DNA from: Epithemia pelagica | Taxonomy: Eukaryota; Protista; Bacillariophyta | Direction: 5' to 3' | Assembly (NCBI GenBank): GCA_946965045.2 | Contig: OX337230.1 | Location: 620,001 to 684,000 of the forward strand | Length of the DNA: 64,000 nucleotides | In this document: positions 44,949 through 55,837 of the stretch, in pieces | How the letters are laid out: the number at the start of each line of letters is the position of its first letter | Numbering within the stretch: the stretch's first letter is position 1 | Position numbers and translations under genes: made by a program | Notes under the pieces: model-generated | The model's database searches: none | Told to the model about the DNA's origin: nothing | What the model saw: the letters and a program-made list of their open reading frames with translations, nothing else

Positions 44949-46892
44949 TTACTCTTGTTTGGCTGTCTTTTTCTTACGACCACTCTTGGACGCGAGTGCC
45001 GTTGTCTCCTTCTTTTTGCCTGATTTAGTGTCAGAAGATGTTGTGCTTCCTTTGGTGCTTGCAGAACCTTTGGTACTTGTAGTCGTCGCACTGACTTGAT
45101 TCCAATGCGCCCGGACGCGGTCCACAATGAATTGGACCAGCAAGAGCACAATCAATACAGGTACAAACACACATGCCTTTTCAAAGATCATGGTTCCTTG
45201 TTCGTATCCGAATTGATCGCAGAACCAATCATAGGCTTGGACGACCCAGTCTGGCAACCGTCCTCGACCCGGCAAGGCCAAGGCGGGCAACACAATCCGT
45301 TGGGCCTTGGACATGGGTTCCATAAAAATGTACTTACGGGCCACATAAAAGTACTCGACATCATTACTTGGATTGGTTTGCATCACTGGCAACAAGGCAT
45401 GGAGTGCCGTCTTTTCCAATCGTCCATGTTCGTCTGTACTGTGATGAATTACGGCCATGCCTTTGCGTGGTTGAATCTGAATGGGAGTCGACGCCGTGGC
45501 ATCTTTTGGTTGTTTGGAAGAATCATAGTCGGCTCCCAATACGCTAGGATACAGAATATCTCCACCCTCGTCACCGGTCAGGTCCGACAGGAAAATGGTC
45601 ATGGATGCAACAGGGATTTGTTGTTGTTGCGTAGAATCACCAAAAATATCGTATTGAGCATGAATGTACGACGATCCATCGGTTGCCAATCGATCAATGA
45701 TAAAATCGGAAAAATGCGCCGACGGAAAGGATGTCACTTGTTCCAATCGTTCTTCGACTTGTTTCGCTGCCTGTGTCATCCAAAGACCCTGCCATAAGGT
45801 TACACGATCGACATTGACAAAGTTGGAGGGGGCGGGTGTATATTGCAAACGATCCGGCGAGCTGGCCGCTGACAAGTGCGTCCATCCCGCCGTTTCCGCT
45901 TGTTCGATCAAGGCACTGCATTCCGATGCTTTGAGCAAATCATGAATGAGATAAATCGTCGGATGCGCCGCCTCCACATCTTCAAAAAAGGGACGGTCGT
46001 CTCCGGCGTACAAACGGACACGCTCGGGCATGTATTGCGCCGTAAAGCCTGCTCGTCGCGCCAGTTCTGCCGCATTGGGCAGTTCCGGATCCAACAAGGC
46101 CGTGGCCAACAATTGGGCTGAATTGAGGGAAATCATGACTACCGGAATGTCCACTTGGTCCGCCCGTGGATCGGGTTCCTCGTGCAATTGCCAAAAATCC
46201 ATATCATCATCTTCAGCATTGTCACTTCCGAGATTGGCCAAATGATCCTTGTAGACCAATTTGGAACGTGAAGGTGGCAACCGATAAATGTCATCTGGTC
46301 GATGAGGATCGTCCACATTGACCACCAGCAAAGCAGCAGCCCCTGATTCCTGCGCCATGAGAGCCATTTCGACACCCGATACTCCGGGATGTGTTGTCAT
46401 GATGCATAAATTGCCAACAATTTCATCGGCATTGTCCAAGGGCTTGACCGGAACTTCAAACTCGGGTACACCACTGACCTCATCCTCTTGTTGTTCCTCA
46501 CTGTCTTCGTCTTTCAAGTTGCGTTGTGCTTGCTCCAGATTTTGTCGCGCCTTTTCTTCCATGTCACCAACCGTTTTGAGATATTCACGATAGACTCGTT
46601 TGTCCTCAATGCGCAATCCATCGAGTGGTACTCCCAACACGGGTGCGGTTTCGACTTCCAACAAGGCGGCATCACTCGTTTGTGGACCAAACAAGGCCAC
46701 ACTGGCATCCAAAGCCGTAATAATAGCTGAATTGCCCCATTCCAATACAGCTGCTTCTTGTACGGTGCGCCGAGGAAATAAACGAGCTTCGTATTCTTGT
46801 TGTTCTTCGTACAGAGTGGACGAGTCGGCCGCCGCCACAATGACATGGCTTTGCGACAAAAGGAAAAAATACAACCAACCGAGACAACTCAT
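44949..46892 (-). CDS. Secretory-pathway protein: signal peptide + PA domain + prolyl-4-hydroxylase-like 2OG-Fe(II) fold (degenerate) + C-terminal TM and KK-rich tail
   Basis: PA-like VEMALMAQESGAAALLVVN; P4H-like IYLIHDLLKASECSALI, SMTIFLSD..EGGDILYP, IQPRKGMAVI, ALHALLPV. Confidence 0.7.
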   Translation of the reverse strand: MSCLGWLYFFLLSQSHVIVAAADSSTLYEEQQEYEARLFPRRTVQEAAVLEWGNSAIITALDASVALFGPQTSDAALLEVETAPVLGVPLDGLRIEDKRVYREYLKTVGDMEEKARQNLEQAQRNLKDEDSEEQQEDEVSGVPEFEVPVKPLDNADEIVGNLCIMTTHPGVSGVEMALMAQESGAAALLVVNVDDPHRPDDIYRLPPSRSKLVYKDHLANLGSDNAEDDDMDFWQLHEEPDPRADQVDIPVVMISLNSAQLLATALLDPELPNAAELARRAGFTAQYMPERVRLYAGDDRPFFEDVEAAHPTIYLIHDLLKASECSALIEQAETAGWTHLSAASSPDRLQYTPAPSNFVNVDRVTLWQGLWMTQAAKQVEERLEQVTSFPSAHFSDFIIDRLATDGSSYIHAQYDIFGDSTQQQQIPVASMTIFLSDLTGDEGGDILYPSVLGADYDSSKQPKDATASTPIQIQPRKGMAVIHHSTDEHGRLEKTALHALLPVMQTNPSNDVEYFYVARKYIFMEPMSKAQRIVLPALALPGRGRLPDWVVQAYDWFCDQFGYEQGTMIFEKACVFVPVLIVLLLVQFIVDRVRAHWNQVSATTTSTKGSASTKGSTTSSDTKSGKKKETTALASKSGRKKKTAKQE

Positions 46893-47281
46893 TTTCACAC
46901 CGTCCCTTGTCATTTCTAGAATGATGCTTTGCTCGGGCACCGCAGCACTGCAACTTCGAACTTCTCTCACCCTCAAGACAACCAGTCAAGATCGCAATAA
47001 AATGAAGGGGATCTTTTTTTGATGTTGTGGGTCTGTCATGGTTCCACGTGGTGACAGAGGGCAGATTTCCTTTTTGGTTCTGCGACTCAACGGTTCACGA
47101 CCTCGGAAGGAGAAACCTTTCTCCATAAAATCCCAGTAGGAGTAGGAGAGCAAAATAACACCCAATCTCTTTATTATCAATCGAACGTTATATGTAAGAA
47201 GGCTGATATGAGTGTAAATGCCTACAACCCTGATACCGTTTTGCCAAGACTGTCAGTCATTTTCTTGACCCAGGGCCACCT

Positions 47282-48187
47282 TTACATGTAAGGAGCATTG
47301 TAGGAATCTTCGTCTCCGCGACCTCGACCCCTGCTGCCTCGTTGATCGTCACCGTCTTGTCGCTGCTGCACCACATGCATGGGCGGAGGACCCTCCATTT
47401 CTTCGAGTAGATCCTGCTTTCTCTTTTTCCGTGCAACTCGAGTATAACTCAAGGCTTTTGCCTTGAGTTCTTCTGACGCCGCCGGGCACTTGCCCAGAAT
47501 ATGACCCGTCAAAATGGAAGCATTCCAAATCTTGTCACGAGACCGAGCCGCTACCTGTTGACAATGAATGCAGATAAAACTCCACGTTTCCTTATCTTCA
47601 GTCCATTCCACAACAAACTGTTCTCGAATCCAGGGATTCGTGATCTGACGTCCTCGAGTACCCCCAGTGCTTTTTCGAGCGTCTCCATCTCCCTCTCCAT
47701 CTCCCTCTCCCTCGACATTCTCTGACTTTCTCGGAGCTCTCGATCTAGATCTAGGTGCACTCTTCTTATCATCGTCTTGATCCAAAATAGCGTGGGGTCG
47801 ATGCGGCATTTCCAGAGCCTTCTTCAATACAGGGCAAAGTGCTCGGTAATGACGTGTGGTCTCTTCAAAATTTCGATTGTGTACAATGCATTTGCTCAAA
47901 TCCGAAGCAGGTTCCAAAGGAGTATGACAAGTGGGACATCGTAAGGTGACGCCTTCGGGAACTGTGCCATCTTCTGAGATTCCGAGCTTTTTGCGAATGC
48001 ATTCGTTACAGAATGAGTGATTACAGGGCTGGAGGGAAACTGGAACTCGAAAGACTTGACCACAGAGACTGCAGCGCATGGATTCGTCCATGCTAAACAA
48101 CAACGTGGCAGCTTGATGAAAGTAGACCGAGTTGTTCGGCTTGAACTGCGCGAAACGCAGCCAGCCGGGGTCTTTTTCATTATCCAT
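47282..48187 (-). CDS. RAD18-type RING-HC protein with C-terminal BED-like zinc finger
   Basis: MDESMRCSLCGQVFRVPVSLQPCNHSFCNECIR..CPTCH; NPW..F..FICIHC..ILTGHILGKC (C-x2-C..H-x4-C). Confidence 0.75.
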   Translation of the reverse strand: MDNEKDPGWLRFAQFKPNNSVYFHQAATLLFSMDESMRCSLCGQVFRVPVSLQPCNHSFCNECIRKKLGISEDGTVPEGVTLRCPTCHTPLEPASDLSKCIVHNRNFEETTRHYRALCPVLKKALEMPHRPHAILDQDDDKKSAPRSRSRAPRKSENVEGEGDGEGDGDARKSTGGTRGRQITNPWIREQFVVEWTEDKETWSFICIHCQQVAARSRDKIWNASILTGHILGKCPAASEELKAKALSYTRVARKKRKQDLLEEMEGPPPMHVVQQRQDGDDQRGSRGRGRGDEDSYNAPYM

Positions 48188-49175
48188 GATTCTTGTTCCA
48201 ACTATCAAGGCTTGAGGTAAGCAAACTGTTCAAGATTGATGAAGACAAGATCACAAGCAAACAGTAAACCGTATGAAACCGTTCTATTGCACAAGTCACA
48301 TCCACCGCGAAGGGCAAAAGCAAAAAGCATATACTTGGATGAGATTCGTAGATGGAAAGGGTCACAATGACAAGAGTGATGTATCCAATGAATTGCAACA
48401 AGATCCGAAAGACGAAAGATTGATTGAAGATGAAGTGAACGCTAAACTTGGTTCGGACACCAAGGAGTCGGACCTTTTCGTGCTTTCAAAGTTTTTGCGG
48501 GTAGGGCAACACAAAAGTGGATCAACCAACCGTATGCAGCTTGTCGTCCAAAAGTTTGAAGTCCTCCGTCTGGTTCTGGTACGATTATGTCGTTAAATTC
48601 TACGTGGCGTTGAATGATCGAACGGTACGAATTTCTTGTAGAAACTTACGTAGAAGAATTCAATATTACGGTGTCACAAACTTCGCCAAACTTTGGAGTT
48701 GGATTTAACCGTTAATGCGATAGAAAGTCGACCAGTAGTCGCTGAACGGTTTTCACATAGCTACCAGAGTTGCCAAATGTAGCCGTCCTCTAACCATATA
48801 CTCCTCCTCCTAGAGGAGTAACCAATGACCTGATCTTCATGCAATGGACCAAGCCTAGCAATAGAGGTGTTTGAATCCCACCTCCCACCCCATGAAGGCG
48901 TCAAGAGAGGGAGGGTAACTTCAACTTCAGGAACCCTCATGACGACGAATGATAACAAATTCATTTTTCCTTAATCGTTACTGATCTGCTTGCATCATGT
49001 CCACAATAGCAATCACCAAACAAGCTCATTCATTTCATCCTGGTCGTTTTCGTTTTCCTGCACACTTTCTCTTGACACGTTTCTTCTACGTTTTACATCA
49101 AACACACGCAAAATGACGACGGATTGACCGATATACAAAGTAAATATATTGAAGAATCCGTTCATGTTGTATAGT

Positions 49176-50576
49176 TTACTTCTTGCGAGCCAAAAAGAAG
49201 AAGGATGGCGTAAAGATTTCCTGTTTGCCGCCATCCACCAAGTCAATCGCAGTGGCATTCAACAAGGCACTGACGCGTGTAGTACCCTTGGGAGCAATGC
49301 GCAAGAATTCCAACACAGACACGGTCATGTGCGTGCAGATACGACCAAGACGCGTCATGCGGAATCCAGAGAGGGTGAACTTGCCATTGAGAGTATCGTA
49401 CCAGGGGATTTCAAACTCGGAATGTACATTTTGGTTGGCATCAAACGAGTCAAGGACTTCAAATCCTGACTTTTCGAGCGAGGCAATGATATCTTCGGCC
49501 GTTGCCAAAGTAGGGAGACCGTTGCCAACTTCAATACCTTCCTTAATGCGAAGGTGATCCTTATTGTTCTTGTCGAAACCACGTTCAGGCAACACAACCC
49601 ATTCAACACCAACAAACATACCACCCTTCTTCAAGGCACGGTTGACACCCGAGAAGCACTTGACGCGGTCAGGGGAATGGCAAGTGGCTTCCACTTCAAA
49701 GGCAACGTCGTACGTGTTGGGTTCAAACACTTCATCCAACTTCTGGAAATCACCTTGGACAAGACGGCACTTGTCCGCAATTCCCTTTTGGGCACAGTAC
49801 TTGTTTCCCACCTTGACCTGATACTCATTGAGGGTGACACCGGTAATGTCGGCACCGGTAAACTGCTGCATGTTGCGCATGGGACCACCCACACCACATC
49901 CAATGTCAATAGCCTTGGTGTTGGCTCCCATACCAGCGCGCATGGCCATGTAATATTCCAAGCGTTTGATCGACTCTTGGAAGGTTTCTCCCTGTTTGCG
50001 AGGAGCAAAGTGGAAGGACTGAAAGATGGGAAATGACGAGCAGATTCGACGACGAAACCAAAGTTAGAAAAATGCCATCCAGACATGAAGGACGACCAAG
50101 CATGGGCTTGGTCATCATTGAGCTCGATATAGACAATGAGCTCTGAACGACCCGACGACCTGGTCATCCTCATTGGAACAGTGATGAATTCCACGTACCT
50201 GGCCCCATCCGTACTCGTAAAAATCAGTGACAAGATTGTAAAAGGAGTTGACCATGGTGTGGTACTCTTTTTGGCGTTTTTCGATGGATTCTTTTTCATG
50301 CAAGCTTCCAACATTCTTTCTAGCTCCAGTGAACATGCTGTCATAGCCGTCCATTTCGTCCTTCACTTCTTCCCGTTTGATGAGGGAGTCAGGGTTGGAA
50401 AGCAAGGATACGGAACCAGTGAACATGCCACCAAAGGAGTTACCAACACCATCACGCTTGAAAGATCTGCTCACGCGAAAGACCACATTGATGAGGACAA
50501 TCACACCAATGGTGCCAGCAAGCAAAGGGGAGGTCAACCCAGTAGCAGATAACAAGTCGTCCATGGTGAACGCCAT
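49176..50576 (-). CDS. SMT1: Sterol 24-C-methyltransferase (ERG6/SMT family); exons 50576-50199 and 50018-49176
   Basis: MVNSFYNLVTDFYEYGWGQ|SFHFAP across a GT..AG intron; IDIGCGVGGPMR; EATCHSP; GIEVGNGLP; FTPSFFFLARK. Confidence 0.95.
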
Positions 50577-51100
50577 TTTGTACCTTCTCTTGTTCGATTT
50601 TGGAACCTCCGAGATGCGTGGTCGATGCACGTACTCGCGAACTGTACAGCTCACCAATGCGACAGAAAAATAACAGTAAGCCTCGCAAAATTCCAATGGG
50701 GGATCTTCGGCACGTTCTCCACAGTCTTTCGTGTTTGCAAGCATGACTTGAGCCCCACTGGATCTCTTTTTCTGTCATTGTTTCTCGCACATGCCGATGT
50801 GGTCCGGTGGGGCAATTATAATCCCGGCTGGCCAGGATCCTCCCCCAGTTTTCGCATTTTGGGCGCTACTAGCTACTCCTAGGTAGCTAGCTCGCTCTTC
50901 TAGCTAGCTCAGTTTTGTTGGTGTTGCATTCTAATTTTTTTTGAATCGAAAATTTGGCGCATTGGAAGCATTCGAAAAAGTCGAAAGAAGGTCAGTCTCC
51001 GTCATCATATTCCTTTAGAATATTTAACTTGTGTTGCCGGTTGGCATTCCGCATCCTCATTCCTCCTCTCGTTTGATTCGTACTTTCAGACATTACAACC

Positions 51101-52528
51101 ATGACGGCAGCAAGGGAGACTGGCGCTCCGATTGTTGAGCCGACAGCCAACGGTGCTGTCCAAGACCACAGCAATGGCGTGGAATCGACGGCGAAATCAG
51201 ATTCCACGGCAGAAAAAGATCAGGACAAGATGACCGCCAATCTACGAAATCGTGGTCGATCCTTGGCCGATCGATCCAAGATTCCAACCAGTTTTATCGT
51301 TTCCATTGTATCGGTCGTATGGATGCATGTATTTGCCGGTACCTTCAATGGGGCTACACTCGATTCAATATCTGGATCGTACCAAACTGCCATGAGTCAA
51401 CTCAGAAATCTTGTTACTTATTGCAACTACTTGACTCAATCGTTGCTTTCGGGAGCCGAGGATGGACCCGAAGCTTCGGAGTACATGGTGACCGCCGTGG
51501 TAACTTTAGCTGTGGCATGGGTGACCTATGTCCTGTTCTTGGCACCTTTGTGGGGTGGATTTTGGACTGGACCACGGGCCAAACGACATGTCATTCATCG
51601 ATACATGGGATTACTCTATCTGATGCAGTACCCGCTTGCCTGGATTGAATTGGCCCGAAGCTATGACACAGCGAGAGAAAGCTACCTGCCGCATTTGATT
51701 ACTCTCAATGGTAAGCAGCCACCGAGATAGGTTTTGTGTGTTCCTGAAACAGTTTTTGAATGTTCCATTCATACACGCTTGGTTTCCTCTATTGCAGGAT
51801 TGACGCAAGCTTGGTCGGCCTTTTTCTCGTTCAAAGTGTTACCTGAATTGAATGATGCCGGTTACTACTCGGACAAATCAGTGCTTTCGAGAAGCTTTGT
51901 CCATGAGAATGCCTTTTTTCAAATGATGACCGTGTTTGGATCCCTCTACTATGTGGATACCTGTCGAGAGACCTTGCGATCCACATGGGCGGGTCGATTG
52001 CTGGAGTATGTCTACATGTTTTGGCCCTATGTGTTGATCCGCCCCTTGTTTCCCATTACACGGTTCAAAGACGCTGGTTCCACACACAAGGGACGAACCA
52101 ACGCCAACTTGAAATTCTACGAAATTGGAACCTATCTGGTCAAAATCTTCTTTTTGTATGCCAAATACTTTTTGGGCTTTTATTTCAACTTTCTCATCTT
52201 TTTGGAACTTCCCACCGAAAACGATTGGAAGTTGTTGCGGGGATGCCTCCTCTTGAACATTGGAACGGTTAGTATTGCCGTCTTCTTGCATACGTTGCGC
52301 TTCAAAAAGATTTTCCCGGGTGTCATGACATTTTCAATTTATCTGGGGCAAATCTATGCCACCATTCTCGGCATTCCATTTGTGTACAACATTTTTGCGT
52401 CCCATCCCAAGTTGATGGCCGTATGCTTTGCAGGGTTGCTCTGTAACATGACACGAAGCCGGAAGATACACGCAGTATGGTGTTTCTGCACCATGTGCCT
52501 ACTCAGTTATAAAGGTATTGAGTGGTAA
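51101..52528 (+). CDS. Unknown multi-pass membrane protein; intron 51711-51797
   Basis: Two ORFs join in frame across gtaagc..ttgcag (TLNG|LTQAW); several hydrophobic segments; no family recognised. Confidence 0.7.
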
Positions 52529-52802
52529 AATCAGAGGATGTTGGTTTGTCAAGTCTATATCTAATCTTTGTATACATGAGTGAAGTCGTGTCCACTGTCT
52601 TCTCGCTGTTTCTAATTTAGCTATCTTTTACCAAGCAACGTTAAACGTACTAAAACCCTGTCCCCATCACTTGTTCTTTGCTTCTCTAATCGACCAGGGA
52701 TACGTTGGTGTCCCAGGTCCACGTGCACTGCCATGAATGTCCCTGACAGGCAGGAAGGAAAACCTTTACAGAAAAAGGGGTAATTCAGAGCTGCACTCTT
52801 GC

Positions 52803-54485
52803 TCACTTATTGTCGTCGTCATCTGTGGGCGTCGGCATGGTGCATGGGCGTTGCGCCTGGACAAAATCAATGTTCTTGATTCGCACGCCACCCAGAATTC
52901 GTTCGGGTAGCGTCATCTTGGGAATTATCTCTTCGTCTTCTTCTTCGTCATCATCATCATTTTGTTTCTCGCCATGTGGTTGTTGATCGCCTCCTCCTTC
53001 CAACAAAAACATGAGATCGACAGCTAAGGACTTGGCATAGCCGAGAACCAGTTTGACAATGCGATTGGCAACAGGGTTGCTACTGATATCAATCAAGATT
53101 TCCAGATACCTTCTCGGTTTTACATTCGTCCCATGGTCGTCGTCAAAAATAAAGTGTTGCTTCATCTTCCGACCAAGCAAGGTTGGTCGGCTTCCTACCG
53201 CCGATCGGACCACAAAATTACCATCGGCCACACGAGGAATGAGTTTGAAGACACTGGTGCGGTAGGCGTCGAGATCATGACCACCAAAGAAAAACGGCTT
53301 GGCCACCTTTCCAAATGGCGTACTGGTATCTGTCAACGCAGAAGTTTCATTGGTACCAAAGTAGGTGACCCAATGGTAGAAGCAGTTGGAGGATGGTACG
53401 AGAAGATTCACGACAAAGACGAAATCTGGCAGCTCTTTGCGACCCGTTGCTGCTTCTCGACGCAAGGCACGTTGTATCCGTTCTTCGGGGTGTTGCGAAA
53501 GTCCTGTCTGCCACAACGGTTCCGGTACTTGAATGAGATCTACCGCAAAAAGTTTCAAGACGGATGCCTCGGAATTTTCTTTAAGACCATCTTCCAAATA
53601 ATTGGCACCACGGACTTTGAATTCTTCGGCCGGTTGTTCAGCCCATGTCTCCAAGGAAAGGGGACGTGGATCAAGCGTCCAGGACGTATCTGTGTCAGTC
53701 CGAGTTGTACTCTCGTCTGTATTGTTGGTTTCGGGTAAACTAGTCGCTGGCTTGTTATCGTCATCATCATCATCATCATCATCTTCTTTTTCATCGCGCA
53801 ATGGAGTATCTGTGTCAGTCTGAGTTGCGCCCTCGTCTGCATTGTTGGCTTCGGGTAGATTAGTTGCTGGCTTCTTATCGTCATCATCATCTTCATCCTC
53901 GTGCAATAGAGGTGCGTCGTCCAACTGAGACGATAAATCCGCCATGTCGATCAATGAATCTGCCTGCTTTTGCTCCATTTCAATTTCATCTTCTTCGGCA
54001 GTTTCAATTTCAATGCCTTCTTGGCTGGGCGGTGAAGGTAGCGCGAATGGATTGAGCTTGACTGTAGGCCGACCACGAAGCATCAACTCCAGTTCGGGTC
54101 GAGCGCGATTGGGACTGTAGTAGGCCGTGACCACGGCCGAAGACATGCGCCGTGGAACAAACGCAACAGAGGCTGGAGAGATTCGTCCCGAGTTGCTGGG
54201 TACTCGAACCAATTGAGGAGTTTCTGCCAAATTCAGTTCATTGTGTGGCAACGCGTACGTCGAATAGGTCCGCGTGGCTCGATAGGTCGTGCTCGTAGAA
54301 GCCGTAGTACTAGTAGTGCCCGTGGTGCTGCTGCTACTTTGACTCTGATCCGAGGTTTGAGAGCCTCCCAATTTGGGCAAGTCTTCACAGCTGACGTCCT
54401 TTCGGTATGTACCGTTGATACATTCCTTACTGGCCTCGACCGGATTTTGAAGGCTGGATTCTACCATATCCACGGAACAGGGCAT
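52803..54485 (-). CDS. EDR2 C-terminal (DUF1336) domain protein
   Basis: FKVRGANYLEDG; FKLIPRVADGNFVVRSAVGSRPTLLGRK; YLEILIDISS; DLMFLLEG; LPERILGGVR. Confidence 0.9.
   Translation of the reverse strand: MPCSVDMVESSLQNPVEASKECINGTYRKDVSCEDLPKLGGSQTSDQSQSSSSTTGTTSTTASTSTTYRATRTYSTYALPHNELNLAETPQLVRVPSNSGRISPASVAFVPRRMSSAVVTAYYSPNRARPELELMLRGRPTVKLNPFALPSPPSQEGIEIETAEEDEIEMEQKQADSLIDMADLSSQLDDAPLLHEDEDDDDDKKPATNLPEANNADEGATQTDTDTPLRDEKEDDDDDDDDDNKPATSLPETNNTDESTTRTDTDTSWTLDPRPLSLETWAEQPAEEFKVRGANYLEDGLKENSEASVLKLFAVDLIQVPEPLWQTGLSQHPEERIQRALRREAATGRKELPDFVFVVNLLVPSSNCFYHWVTYFGTNETSALTDTSTPFGKVAKPFFFGGHDLDAYRTSVFKLIPRVADGNFVVRSAVGSRPTLLGRKMKQHFIFDDDHGTNVKPRRYLEILIDISSNPVANRIVKLVLGYAKSLAVDLMFLLEGGGDQQPHGEKQNDDDDEEEDEEIIPKMTLPERILGGVRIKNIDFVQAQRPCTMPTPTDDDDNK
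53686..53900. repeat. Intragenic tandem duplication, 120-nt period, in the EDR2-C gene
   Basis: gtatctgtgtcagtc at 53686 and 53806; encodes DDDD(K/N)KPAT(N/S)LPE(A/T)NN..TDTDT twice. Confidence 0.9.
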
Positions 54486-55211
54486 GATGATGCGTTCTGC
54501 AAGAGACAGGAGATTCAGATATAGTCTTGATGATTCGTGATGTGTTGAGAATGCAACTTTTTCGAAATCAGTACTCTCCCACTCTCAAAGACGAAAATAA
54601 TGTTTCATTGATGCCTTTAATCGTTAAAGAAAATGTTCGGTTGTAGTCGGTTATTGGGCTGTCGGAAGGTGTTCTAAAAGGAGGAGTTTTCGGGTTGGCC
54701 TTGCTTGTTTTTCTTGAGCTTTTGACCTACGAGGTTCCCACAAGACACACCCGTCTTCACAAGATTCCACCCATAACCCATACACTCTAATTTAATCATA
54801 CAATAGAAAAATGTGAGCACTATCATCTCCCTACGCGTGAAATTTTGGTCATGAAATGTCTATTTAACTTTCTACAACAGAAAATCTTCCGAGTCGGGCG
54901 TGATCACACCGAGCTCACACCCCACTATGTAGCCATCCAACAACGCGATCCATTCTCAATGATTCCTCTACAGCAAAATCTCAAATCCCTCTCTTACCTC
55001 CGGACTCTCGACGCTACAATACATGCCAGGGAATCCGATATTTGCTTTAAGGCACGAAGTCCCACGATGAGCACAAGCAAGTTCTATTTCTCCGTAGTAA
55101 CTGCTGTGGCGGCTACTCGACTCTACAACGCTCTTCACAACATGGCCGCGTATTGCCAAAAAAAGCAACGTAGAATAGGTACGATTAGAAACGATTGTTG
55201 CGCACTATACC

Positions 55212-55385
55212 TACTCCTAGCTCGTTAGATGTGCCCTGACCGCAGCAAGGATTCGGCACAAACTTGCACGAGAGAAATTGCTGTGGAGCTTCTGAGTAGG
55301 AAGTACTCCTAGGAGTACCTACTCCTAATACCTACTAACCCTACCTCCACCTCTCTACCTACTCTAGGACTAGGACTAGGAGTAC
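55212..55385. promoter_or_regulatory. Cluster of TACTCCTAG-type half-sites around a perfect 16-bp palindrome GTACTCCTAGGAGTAC (55303-55318)
   Basis: Seen directly in the EDR2-C/PRK divergent intergenic region; function is inferred only. Confidence 0.35.
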
Positions 55386-55837
55386 ATCTCGTGCTTATTG
55401 AGCCCGTCAAATCGAATTCTTGTGTCTCGTGTTTCGTGTCTCGGGTCTCAAATCTCAAATCTCTAACGTAGTTTGCCCGCTTTTGGCTGCTGGAGGCAAT
55501 TTTGCGTTCGTCACACAAGAGATGACCACATCACTTCACATGACACAGATGGACACGTAGTTGAATTTAAAGTTTTCATTGGTCAGTATCATCAACTGAG
55601 ACGTCGCAGAGACGAATCTACCACGTCGAATCTCATGATTTTGTACACTACTTAAGGATCCTAGGTGAGCGAAGCAGTACAAGATCGAGCGTCACACCCA
55701 TCATACGTAATACGTACTACGACACAACGCGGTTTGCGTCGAAATTTGACAATTGCATTCTCGTAATCTTCTTTGGTGAGAGTTGTCATAACAAGTTCGA
55801 GTTTGTTGTCTGCATCCACAAGTAACAATATCCCAAA

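Noticed and set aside
48273-48596. 107-aa ORF upstream of the RING-BED gene
   Set aside because: No motif or splice model that I can support.
48820-48892. tRNA-like segment (T-arm-like GAGGTG-TTTGAATCC-CACCTC with an upstream CTTCA, reminiscent of tRNA-Sec)
   Set aside because: I could not fold an acceptor, D or anticodon stem. At most a decayed tRNA/SINE; tRNAscan-SE or Infernal would settle it.
54845-55228. 127-aa ORF in the EDR2-C/PRK intergenic region
   Set aside because: Non-ATG start and no recognisable motif; may be chance or decayed sequence.
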